From positions 310,001 to 374,000 of the forward strand of contig OW569390.1 of NCBI GenBank assembly GCA_937625935.1: 64,000 nucleotides of DNA, given 5' to 3'. Both the position numbers and the translations under genes were made by a program. Below are positions 54,963-64,000 of this stretch, piece by piece (the stretch's first letter is position 1; the number at the start of each line of letters is the position of its first letter). This DNA is from Tetramitus jugosus. Taxonomy: Eukaryota; Protista; Heterolobosea. The notes beneath the pieces were generated by a model. The model was given only the letters and a program-made list of their open reading frames with translations, had not been told where the DNA came from and did no database searches.

Positions 54963-57900
54963 TTACTCATCTGACATGGCAGCATCATCTTCACCGTCGT
55001 TGAGAGGCACTTCATCTATTAGACTGTCCAACTCGCGATTCATTGTTGTTAATCGACGGCCACTTGGACTAGCAGGCATTTCTTCATCTTCTTCCTCATC
55101 CGATGAGATATCATCCAAGTCCAGTGCTTCGACATCTGAATCAGAGTCATCGAGCATCCGTTGTTGTGTGGCAGCGCATGACAGTCGACGTGCAATAGAT
55201 GCCGACCGAGGTGAATATTGCATCTCTTCGCAATCATCGAGTATCAGGTCATCATCGTTGTACTTTGCGGGGGTCTTAATTGGAGTACTAATTGGTGTTT
55301 TGACTGGCGTGGCAAAAGCAGGAGAAGAGCTTTGACTTGAGCCATTAGGTCCACAATCTTCTAGGGATAGAGTAATGTTGCTGCTGGTTGGAGGTGCTTT
55401 GGTGGGTGTGATTGTTTCGACGTCCATTGTGGTTTGTGGTACAACTTCTGGCACAACCTCTGGCTCAACAGGAATGCCAGCAATCTCAAAGAACCTGGCT
55501 GTGAGAGAGTCCTCATTTGACAGAGATTCCATGAAACTATCTCTGAATTGGGAGTGTTCTTCTTTTTCCAGCTCTATTAATTGTTCGAGCTCTTCATTTT
55601 CGGTGCTGTCCTGCTCCATATCTGCATCTTCAGTGCCCCGAGTACTCTTGGTCTTTTCTAACTGAGATCCAAGTATCTCCAAATATTTTTCTACTGCTTT
55701 AGCAGAAATTCTATTGGCTATGGTTTCTTCAGCCATCTTTAAGATAGTGTGAAGCTGCTTAATGGTTTGTTTGTCCTCAAACTCGTTGAAATTTGCAAAC
55801 AGCTTACAGAAAGTGTTAGATTCTTTCCCGTTGCTGAGAAGCACTTCATATGCTAGTTGAATTGCGATAGATGCATGAGGTTGAGGGAAGTTCAGGTCCT
55901 TAGGGGCCTTCTTTAGGTGAGTTCGGTCTGTCAGGTAAATTAAAAATTGACCAGCTTGTTGCAGATTGATGGAGCTCATTTGAGAAATTCTGAATAGGGT
56001 TGGAAGCACTACCTTAGCCACCCTGTTCATATTCTTGAGAGAGGAGAACGCAAAAGCAGGCAAGAACATGGAGAGGCACTGTTTTACCTGAACCAGGTTT
56101 TCAGTTCGTGGATCAAACAGTACAATTATCATATTTGAAACGACTTCAAGGACATGATGCTCTTGAAGTTTGTTGAATATGATTAATTTACAACATCCCT
56201 CAATTGCTGTAACAGCAATATCAGAGTGATCACCTTCGAACATTAACTGTTTAAAGGTTGCAATCAGCTCGCTAACACAAACTTCTTTTTCTTCCATTTC
56301 ACATCGCTCATAAATCTTTCCCAGAGAGTGAATTTGAACCATGTCGAATGATGCTGCCAGAGCAGCACGATGAATGGCTGGGTCCTCCTTTCGGTCATAC
56401 AATGAATTTGTAAATAGATTGACATACTTCTGAGCAAATGGTAGATGCATTCCACAATATTGACCCAACACTGTCATGGCGAAGCTACGAACATGTACGC
56501 TAGCCTTAGTTAGGCAAGGTACAACGATAGTTTTCAGAATATTGGACTCCTCCAACAATTTTTGAACGCATTGTGGAGAAACAACTCTATTGACCTCCCT
56601 CAGTACACACAAAGCACGAATCCAAACCATTGCATCTTTTTTCAACGTATCAGCACTTGTCAGATCCTCTTCCAACTCCAAAATTGCCTCATTTACCACT
56701 TCTATTCGACCCGTAACTTTTTGCAAGTCCTCCCTAATTTCATCAATCATTTCAGAATCATCTTCCTCGGCTTCATCTAGCTCTGACTCCAAGCGTGCTC
56801 TATCTTTCTCGAGGCGCTTAAGCTTTGTTTTGCATTTCTTAATATTCGAATTAATTTCATTCTTGTGTAATTTCCTCTCTTCCTCTTCGGAATTTGCTTT
56901 GTTCTCTAGCTCGGATGCAAGACATTGAAGAGGTTCGACACACTCACGAATCGTCGTCCGGAACTCAGATTCAGAAGGTATTACAATCTTAAGGGCTTCT
57001 ATAATTTCAGTTATATGATTCTCTGGAGATTGGAAAACCATAACCATGTGTTTAAGAATAGTGTGAATGTTCTTTCTTCCGACCTCATCGCAAAAGTCTA
57101 AATGCCTTGCGATAATCAAGCACTGCTTGGTTGTGAATTCTTGACATTCCTTGTAGTGCCTTGCAGTAATAGCACAGAATTCTGTTGCATTTGGAAGAAC
57201 TTCTTCCAAATCATCTTCTTTTTCGTCTTTGAGCAGATATTGTATTTTCATCCGCAGATACAATGCCTCTTCTGGAGACAAATTATGAATGTCGATTGTT
57301 CTACCCATGATATGCTTTTTCATGTCAGCATCATTCACAGAAAATAAAGATGTAAGCACTAGCTCGGCTGTTTCTGTATCGTTTTCAACATCTAGTGCCT
57401 TAAGGAGAGCAATAATGTCATTTTCGACTTGTATTCCTAACCACTGCTTGGCCAATAATGATACACAAGCTTGTTGTACTGATGTACTTCTATCTCTCAA
57501 TCCATTCTTCAATATAGATACTCTCTCTGAAATAGAAAGTCGCTTGAAAGGACAGTCAGTAAAGAGTTTCTCATATGCCATTCGTCTAACATCATCCTTC
57601 ACATCTCTAGTTCTTTCCACAATGGCAGACAGTGTATACTTGCTCGGAAGAATGCATTTTACAACCTCTTTCCGTACATCCTTGTTTGTATCAGTGGCCA
57701 TCAACCGTTTGTATTCATTCGTGATTTCATCTTCAGGATTGAGAGGGTCATGAATTCTGGCCAAAATACACACTGCTTGCTGTCTCACGGCTGGTACCTT
57801 GTCTTTTAGTCGGCACACAAAAGTAACTAACAATTGTTCACATAATTCATCTTCAATCTCAACTTCATCAGGCATCAGATCCATCAATCCAGCAACAATC

Positions 57901-58373
57901 TGGCAAACTCTGAATCTGATTGATTTATCTTTTGCATGGGCATAATTTATCAGACATTTAATCATATCAAAACAGAATTTTTGTGTCACATCATCCATTG
58001 TATCAACAGTAAGACCACTGTTTCTTCTCTGTGTTCGGTTTCCTACTTCTTCCTCAGAGCTAATGCGTTCAGCATTGGATGTATATTGAATAATGAATTG
58101 GATTAAGCGCTCCACATTTGGTTCTCTCTTAAAAACCAGTAAAATGGGTCGTATCATCACGAAAAACTGCTGGAAAAAGAGTTCAGTATCTTGGCAGTGC
58201 AACTTCCTTAGAGCTAATGCACACTTTCTGTGGGCAGCAATCGTTTTCTGAGCACGGTTAAGTTGGAGAGCAATCTTCTGGGAATACTTTTTTTCAATTC
58301 CAGCTCTCTGGTTGGAAGGTGAAGCTTTTTCACTGACGAGTGTGTCATTTCCTGGTTTGTTAGTTTTGACCAT
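54963..58373 (-). CDS. NCAPG: Condensin I subunit CAP-G (Ycg1/Cnd3)
   Basis: AKDKSIRFRVCQI, RLKDKVPAVR..AV, ERTRDV..DVRR, AIEGCCKL, QCLSMFLPAF, acidic tail. Confidence 0.93.
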   Translation of the reverse strand: MVKTNKPGNDTLVSEKASPSNQRAGIEKKYSQKIALQLNRAQKTIAAHRKCALALRKLHCQDTELFFQQFFVMIRPILLVFKREPNVERLIQFIIQYTSNAERISSEEEVGNRTQRRNSGLTVDTMDDVTQKFCFDMIKCLINYAHAKDKSIRFRVCQIVAGLMDLMPDEVEIEDELCEQLLVTFVCRLKDKVPAVRQQAVCILARIHDPLNPEDEITNEYKRLMATDTNKDVRKEVVKCILPSKYTLSAIVERTRDVKDDVRRMAYEKLFTDCPFKRLSISERVSILKNGLRDRSTSVQQACVSLLAKQWLGIQVENDIIALLKALDVENDTETAELVLTSLFSVNDADMKKHIMGRTIDIHNLSPEEALYLRMKIQYLLKDEKEDDLEEVLPNATEFCAITARHYKECQEFTTKQCLIIARHLDFCDEVGRKNIHTILKHMVMVFQSPENHITEIIEALKIVIPSESEFRTTIRECVEPLQCLASELENKANSEEEERKLHKNEINSNIKKCKTKLKRLEKDRARLESELDEAEEDDSEMIDEIREDLQKVTGRIEVVNEAILELEEDLTSADTLKKDAMVWIRALCVLREVNRVVSPQCVQKLLEESNILKTIVVPCLTKASVHVRSFAMTVLGQYCGMHLPFAQKYVNLFTNSLYDRKEDPAIHRAALAASFDMVQIHSLGKIYERCEMEEKEVCVSELIATFKQLMFEGDHSDIAVTAIEGCCKLIIFNKLQEHHVLEVVSNMIIVLFDPRTENLVQVKQCLSMFLPAFAFSSLKNMNRVAKVVLPTLFRISQMSSINLQQAGQFLIYLTDRTHLKKAPKDLNFPQPHASIAIQLAYEVLLSNGKESNTFCKLFANFNEFEDKQTIKQLHTILKMAEETIANRISAKAVEKYLEILGSQLEKTKSTRGTEDADMEQDSTENEELEQLIELEKEEHSQFRDSFMESLSNEDSLTARFFEIAGIPVEPEVVPEVVPQTTMDVETITPTKAPPTSSNITLSLEDCGPNGSSQSSSPAFATPVKTPISTPIKTPAKYNDDDLILDDCEEMQYSPRSASIARRLSCAATQQRMLDDSDSDVEALDLDDISSDEEEDEEMPASPSGRRLTTMNRELDSLIDEVPLNDGEDDAAMSDE

Positions 58374-58469
58374 GGTTGTGAAATGTGCAACTTGTTTTTT
58401 TGCTATTTTTCTCTGTTCGAGTCTGTTGTCCTTGAGAATGGCGGGCTGAAAAGTTGTTTAACGATATTT

Positions 58470-58477
58470 TTTGGCGG
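58470..58477 (+). promoter_or_regulatory. E2F-like site TTTGGCGG in the CAP-G/HIT bidirectional promoter
   Basis: Matches TTTSSCGS, about 100 bp upstream of the condensin start. Confidence 0.3.
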
Positions 58478-58571
58478 TCAAAAAACCCGCGTAGTCACGA
58501 CTGGGTTTATGTCACAAAATCCTATCATCCCCGCAAACCACAACTCCACTCGTCCAATACTTAACTTAACC

Positions 58572-59454
58572 ATGCCAGTTAGATTCAACAAAAATTCATG
58601 GCGAGAGTTCTCTGGGGAAGAAATTCAAATCATTCAAAAGGAACGTGAACAAAAGTCAACAAAACTTCGAGAGCTGTTGGCGCAATTTCCAATCGAAAAG
58701 TTTGAGGTTTGTTTCTTCTTCTGTTGGCCTTCTTTTTTAGTCAGACTTAGTGTTTACTTATGGTGTTCTCTATTTATTTCCATTCAATTGTTCCGTTGGC
58801 GCTCGATTTTTACAGTACGGCAGAATTTGTCCTGCCTGCGACAAGCCAAACAACAAGGATACACCATTCTGCACAGGATGTGGCTTCGAGCTGGTTTTTG
58901 AAGATTTGGAGAGGATTCCTGACAATGTATTCATGGATATTATCACTGGTGTAAACAAGGAGACTAAAATTGTGTACGAAGACGAAGAAATCTTGGTTCT
59001 TAATGATCGATTCGGTGTAAGTGTCCATGGTGAGCATATTGACGTCATCCCAAGACAGGTCATCACTGATGTAACCGAGTTGACGAGAGAACATTTACCA
59101 TTGGTTCGAAAGCTGTACAGTATTGGTTTGGAACACTTGAAGACACGAGGATTCTGTGAAAGAAATGGTATCGAACCAGATGAACTGGAGAATTGGATCA
59201 CAGCAGGATACAATTATCCTGTATCTGTGAAGCATTTGCACTTGCACATGGTCTTGCCTCCATTCAAGCAAGAAAAGGTGTGCGTGTACCCTCGTTTCCA
59301 TGGACATCAGAAAATAGTTTCCGATTTGGAGACACATGGTAGAGTGATTGTGTATCAGGAAGTTCCAAATGAGACTGAAGGAGCAAAATTCTATGAGAAC
59401 GCAATTCATAGGCACAGATCAATTAGCTCACGAGCACCAAAACAACAAGAATAA
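58572..59454 (+). CDS. Zinc-ribbon + HIT-family (HINT3/aprataxin/DcpS-C-like) hydrolase, 2 exons (58572-58706, 58816-59454)
   Basis: Intron 58707-58815 is in frame. CPAC..N....FCTGCG, IVYEDE, HIDVIP, GYNYPVSVKHLHLH. Confidence 0.82.
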
Positions 59455-59496
59455 ATACGGACAATGTTAAGGGAACCAAATTTTAAATTGTTTTAT

Positions 59497-61116
59497 CTAC
59501 AGGCAGGTGGTAATCCAGGTGTTGAAATCAAAGTTTGAGTTGGGTAGAAGATTAACTACAACATCCACAAACTCTGTCAACTTTGCTCGAAGTTGTCTCG
59601 AATCTTGTTGGATCAGTGTACGAATCTGATGGGAAGAGAACTCGCTTGTGATAAGACGCGACATATCATGCCAAAATTGTTCTGTTATCGTCGTGCCAGT
59701 CTTGGTAGCAGGAACTACAGAGATGAGCAAGGTTCCCGTGTGAGAACATCGTTTCTTTCGAAGAACAGTCTCTAGAGTATGAATCTCCTTGATCATATTC
59801 CTGTATTCGCTGAATAGATCTGGCAGTGCCAGATTTGACACGTTGACTCGCTGGCTGATGGCACGATTGATCGCTGTTAATATCTGCTGAACTATGACTC
59901 TGTCCTTTTTCATGCTTGCAATGTTCTTTGAAATAATTTGCTCATTGATCACAGAGTACAATGTGTTCATATTGAAGAACACTTGAGAACTTGAGGCAAT
60001 CTGCGATTGATTAAATTGACGACATCCGTTCAACAATACAGCCAACGAAAACTCCAAAACAGTTTTCCGAATCGAACGCAAGCTGTTCAACTCTTGATCA
60101 ATGACATGAACTCCAGTTGCTAGATATCTGCTCTTGTCCTTGTCATACTCTAATAAATTATTGTTCTCCAATTCATACAAATATAGGGCTATGTAGGCCA
60201 TGCCCGATGGAACATCGGAAACCTTCGAGTCCAAATCCCTATTCACCCACAATGAAAATAACTCGTGATCCAACTTGTTTGACTCTGGTTGTACCGTTGT
60301 TTGATGATGATCTTGACTGGTCGTACTTGCTGCAGAAGCAGAACATAGCTGCACAATTGTTTTTTGAACTTTGATCATCGTTGTCAAGATTTTGTCCACA
60401 AATCGCATCATATCTACCGCCTGAATCATATTTCTCAATTGAATAATTCGACTCTGAATCATTCCACTGTAGGACTGTTGACCAATCATGTATCGAGTCT
60501 GCAATCGATTGACCGATGATTGCAATTCATTTACATGCTCTCTAATCGCTTTTAATTCATTCTCAAGCTCTGTACTGTGTAGAGCTACAGTTTGATTCAC
60601 TAGTCCCTGTTCATGCTTGACCACCAATTGATGAATTTGTCGATCAATGTGAGAAATACCATGTTGTAGTCTCTCTAGGTTTGTTCTGTCCTTTCGATCA
60701 TCATCTTCATTATCATCATCACCACCACCACCACCACCAATACCATTCTCATCATCACCATCACTCATCATTCCTTCAATGTCGTTATCATCATGGTCAT
60801 CACGAGTCACATTTTGATCATGTGTGTTTTCATCATCATCATCATTGGCAATCGATTGTTTTTTACGCTTATTCTTCTTTGTTTTCTTGTGCTTCTTCTT
60901 GTTGTTGTGTTCATGTTGATGTTGTGATTGTTTTTGATTATTGTTATTCGTGTGATATTGGAGCAAGTGAGTTGATAGGAAGGATTGACAGGAGAATTCA
61001 GAGTCTAGAAATTGAGCCAACAGTGGATCTCTTCTCAAAACAGAGAATTGATCTTGATTGTTGATCGTGGTGGACACAGTTGGAGTAGCTGTGTGATTGA
61101 TGTTGTTGTTTTCCAT
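59497..61116 (-). CDS. COG5: COG5-like Golgi tethering subunit (short form)
   Basis: FLDSEFS..SF, LERLQHGISHIDRQIHQLV..H...LV.Q, NQSQIASSSQVFFNM; 539 aa. Confidence 0.72.
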   Translation of the reverse strand: MENNNINHTATPTVSTTINNQDQFSVLRRDPLLAQFLDSEFSCQSFLSTHLLQYHTNNNNQKQSQHQHEHNNKKKHKKTKKNKRKKQSIANDDDDENTHDQNVTRDDHDDNDIEGMMSDGDDENGIGGGGGGDDDNEDDDRKDRTNLERLQHGISHIDRQIHQLVVKHEQGLVNQTVALHSTELENELKAIREHVNELQSSVNRLQTRYMIGQQSYSGMIQSRIIQLRNMIQAVDMMRFVDKILTTMIKVQKTIVQLCSASAASTTSQDHHQTTVQPESNKLDHELFSLWVNRDLDSKVSDVPSGMAYIALYLYELENNNLLEYDKDKSRYLATGVHVIDQELNSLRSIRKTVLEFSLAVLLNGCRQFNQSQIASSSQVFFNMNTLYSVINEQIISKNIASMKKDRVIVQQILTAINRAISQRVNVSNLALPDLFSEYRNMIKEIHTLETVLRKKRCSHTGTLLISVVPATKTGTTITEQFWHDMSRLITSEFSSHQIRTLIQQDSRQLRAKLTEFVDVVVNLLPNSNFDFNTWITTCL

Positions 61117-61392
61117 TTTTTTTTGTTCGGTGATTTGCTTTTTGTGATGTTCAAAGATTAAAGCTTTGCCATGACAAAGATAACAGGGAGAATGATTCCA
61201 TGAAGCGGGAGAGATATAATTCGAAAATAAATGGTTTTATGTACACATAAGCTGCTTATGCTCTTTTGTCGCTTGCGTAACTCTTTTAAAAACAAGTGAT
61301 CGTTTCTTCTTCGGAAGCTTTCAACCTAAAACCTGCAGCACAGTTTGTTTTACTTGAAGATTGATCGATACAGAGAGATCAATAAGTGCTCA

Positions 61393-62127
61393 TTATGTAC
61401 CTATAGAGTGGAGAGACATAAAGATATACAACATAGATAGATATATAGAGAGGCACATGTTTTAATCCTGACATGTTCAAAACATTGGTTGGATGGCGAT
61501 AGAGCAATAGATAGCTAATCATCCATCTTTTGATCACACACAAGGAGACAAAGGAAACACAAACAAAAACAACAACAGTGCAAGCAACAAGTGCGTGTAA
61601 ATATCATGTGAGTGAGAAAATCACAGAAAACAAGTGATTGTTGTTGAGTGGTTCACTGTGCTTTTGATGCGAAGTTGTTTGAGTAGAAAATGAGTGTGTG
61701 TGAAGTGAGTGTTTGCTTTGTGCACTACTAACCAGTACTAACCATCATCATCTGAATAGGATATTGTCACTAACGAGTTGATTCCACTTGAAGCTGAACC
61801 TCTGGCGACGCTTGCTGTCACTCTGTTTGCTCTGCGCGTTGTGAAACAAAAAAAATTGCCCTGTTAGCAAATGTGCATTTGAATTTTACAAGAATAAAAA
61901 AAGGGCATGTGAGATTGAGAGATTGAGAGGTTTGCGTACCTGTTGATTGAATTAATGGACTCAAATGCGCCCATTGGGCTGGATGATGATGTCGACGCAA
62001 AATTGTTCATGTTGGAAGCACTTGCAAAGTTTCTTGTGCTGTTTGCACTCAATCCTCTGGATGCTTTGTTGCTGTTTTGTGCAATAAATCTTGATGCGCC
62101 TCTGATAACGTTGCCTCCCCTGAACAT
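61393..62127 (-). CDS. ~90-aa mitochondrion-targeted microprotein, NFD6/NOXY2-like, with alternative last exons (exon 1 62127-61940; exon 2 61822-61743; e.g. exon 3 61400-61393)
   Basis: Presequence-like MFRGGNVIRGASRFIAQ... Intron 61939-61823 (GTACGC..GCTAAC..CAG) gives PMGAFESINSINRVTASVARGSASSGINSLVTISYSDDDG. Donor GTTAGT at 61742 joined to acceptor ...CTCTATAG gives G-T-stop. Confidence 0.7.
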
Positions 62128-62252
62128 TTTGTTGTTTGATAAACTTGGATTATTCAATGTAGTACTTCGTGTTTTTTGGTTTGCGAGATTTGGTGGAGTA
62201 ACTTTGCATTTGTGAAAAAAACTTTGTAACGATGGCTGTCGGCGATTAAAAA

Positions 62253-62260
62253 TTCCCCGC
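62253..62260 (+). promoter_or_regulatory. Candidate promoter element TTCCCCGC upstream of RIT1
   Basis: Identical octamer to those at 305-312 (-) and 1385-1392 (+), 20 bp before the ATG. Confidence 0.4.
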
Positions 62261-62280
62261 TCAAAGTTAACAAAAACAAC

Positions 62281-63903
62281 ATGTCCAACAAATGGCTAAA
62301 GAAGAAGTTTGCTGCGGAGGAAGATGATTCTTCTTCAGAGGAGCACTCTAGTAGTGAAAGCGGGAGCGAGTCGGATGAAGTCACAGACGAGAAAGTGGAG
62401 TTTGAAGGTTCATCAGATGACGAGGAAGAAGACAAGAACAACTGCACAACCAAAGATGATGTTCTCAATTTGTTATCAATGATCAATGAGCATGGCTCTC
62501 TGAAATTTCACAAATTGGCGCGAAAAATTCAAACCGAGACGGACAATATACAATCGCGGCTTCAATCCGTGCGTTATGACTCTGAGTTTGTGAGTGATGT
62601 GAAGAAAATGTATCCGTCGTTTGGATTATTTGCGAATTTGAGATGTGGTCAATGGTATTGTCCAAGTTACGACGATACTTGTTATTTTAAGAGCACTGAT
62701 GGTCATTTTGGACAGTGGGAGTTTTCGACAATGAGATTGAATATCAATGTATTGATTGCCGCCTATCGATTAAATGGTTTGATTATTGTGGATTCAACGA
62801 GAAGGGGAAAGAGCTTTCCTGATGCTCTCTCAAAAACTGTTCCTATTTGGGTGTCTGTGATGAATCGTTTAATCTACCGATATTGCGAAGGAGAGAATAT
62901 GACTGTTGAGCCGGGTCTTGAATTGCCGTATTGGCTTTCAAGGAGTGAAGTTTCGCAAATTGAAACTCGCATGGAGCGATTCGTAGCAACTGCTGTGGAT
63001 AAAACGATTGATTGGAACGACTTTTTCAATAATAGACACAAGGAGCTTTTCACGTATATGTTGAAAGATTCTAAGCGCATAAAGTACATGAGATGTCTCT
63101 GGCTGCACAAAGGAAAAGATATCGAGTTCTCAAATTTGTTAAACAATGACAATTTAGACTTCATCCCTATTCTTTGTGTGAGTGCTAGTGATCCTAATTT
63201 CCCTGAGAAATCGTTCAGTTGGCGGTATATTCCAGGTGCAGGTGATGATCATGAGTCCTGGTCTGAAGGATTGACGTCACAGATGTTTTATACGAATGCA
63301 GACAATATTTTAGAGGATAGAATATCAGTAGAAGAAACTGAGAGAAGAGTTCATGCAATTGTACTGGAGAATGCCAAACAGTTTTCAAAGGATCATTCTG
63401 AAGCGACAATGGTTGCTATAGGTCGATCTCCGCAACGCCTGTTTCTGGGGCGGAATGCTCCCCGGTATCAGTTTTCTTCGACAGAGGTATTTGCGATTAT
63501 CATGTGCCAAGATCCCGATGATATCAAGAATCAGAGCATTGAGTATTCAGGTGCATTGCTGCGTTTACCCATCAAGGATCACAAGAAGTACAAGAACTGT
63601 TTAGGACAAAACTTGTCTGCTGCCATCCAATTTGCGACACTTCATTTGGCCAAGGGTCATAATCTATTGATCACAGACGATACTGGCAACAATGAGAGTG
63701 TCGCCTTGCTCGTGGGAATCATGTGTGCAACATTTGGAGATGAAGGTGCCAACAAGGATGTATTCTTGGGATCTGAATTGGTCGATCCCTCGCACTTGAC
63801 TAAAGTTCACATTCGACAACGCTTGTCCTACATTCAATCCTACCACAACAATTCCAATCCAAGTCGAAACCTGATGAAACAACTTAACAGATCCTATCTT
63901 TAG
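62281..63903 (+). CDS. RIT1: Initiator tRNA A64 2'-O-phosphoribosyltransferase
   Basis: ANLRCGQWY, YFKSTDGH.GQW.FS..RLN, VDSTRRGK.FPDALSKTVPIW, YIPGAGDDHESW, C-terminal NPSR.LMKQLN. Confidence 0.94.
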   Translation: MSNKWLKKKFAAEEDDSSSEEHSSSESGSESDEVTDEKVEFEGSSDDEEEDKNNCTTKDDVLNLLSMINEHGSLKFHKLARKIQTETDNIQSRLQSVRYDSEFVSDVKKMYPSFGLFANLRCGQWYCPSYDDTCYFKSTDGHFGQWEFSTMRLNINVLIAAYRLNGLIIVDSTRRGKSFPDALSKTVPIWVSVMNRLIYRYCEGENMTVEPGLELPYWLSRSEVSQIETRMERFVATAVDKTIDWNDFFNNRHKELFTYMLKDSKRIKYMRCLWLHKGKDIEFSNLLNNDNLDFIPILCVSASDPNFPEKSFSWRYIPGAGDDHESWSEGLTSQMFYTNADNILEDRISVEETERRVHAIVLENAKQFSKDHSEATMVAIGRSPQRLFLGRNAPRYQFSSTEVFAIIMCQDPDDIKNQSIEYSGALLRLPIKDHKKYKNCLGQNLSAAIQFATLHLAKGHNLLITDDTGNNESVALLVGIMCATFGDEGANKDVFLGSELVDPSHLTKVHIRQRLSYIQSYHNNSNPSRNLMKQLNRSYL

Positions 63904-64000
63904 GTAGTGCACTTATTGTGCAGATAGAACAGATTTCCCTTTTTATGATTTCTCACTTGAGTTGTGGACAGTTATTATCATAAGCATTTCGCAATGATAT

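Noticed and set aside
1-64000. Alternative genetic code, transposons, tRNA/rRNA genes
   Set aside because: Conserved genes translate fully in the standard code with TAA/TAG/TGA stops. No transposase, reverse transcriptase, terminal repeats or cloverleaf/rRNA signatures were recognised by eye.

Overview
This is a gene-dense eukaryotic protist nuclear window in the standard genetic code. It has short GT-AG introns of about 65-215 bp (donors mostly GTATGT/GTAAGT, often a CTAAC-like branch point), (C/A)-rich 5' leaders and many poly-N/Q/H/D tracts. The style and gene content (RCC1-family expansion, RCC1-EGF receptor kinase) suggest a Naegleria-like heterolobosean, but that is inference. About 30 genes can be modelled: YJU2 (5' end only, missed by the ORF track), ORMDL, two F-box/multi-TM proteins, an outer dynein arm docking subunit, oligoribonuclease, PLD3-like, THADA, CTL/SLC44, RIX1/PELP1, mitochondrial SerRS, AcpS, a 7TM protein, an RCC1-EGF-TM kinase, HPS1, PQLC2, an atypical importin-alpha, GT77, EndoG/EXOG, a PPR-like protein, FSP1/AIFM2-like, CacyBP, an RCC1-like protein, an FCP1-like phosphatase, methylmalonyl-CoA mutase, a small spliced unknown, CAP-G, a Zn-ribbon-HIT protein, COG5, an NFD6/NOXY2-like microprotein and RIT1. 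A P450 relic and other decayed fragments are also present. The most interesting observations are: (1) a hidden ~90-aa mitochondrial microprotein gene with several candidate alternative terminal micro-exons (DDDG*/DDDDG*/DDDGT*); (2) a putative SPOC + CTD-phosphatase fusion; (3) an EndoG with an EXOG-type wing; (4) two membrane-embedded F-box proteins; (5) a recurrent oriented TCCC(C)GC promoter motif. No rRNA, tRNA, CRISPR array or intact mobile element was recognised. All family calls are from recalled motifs, not database searches.
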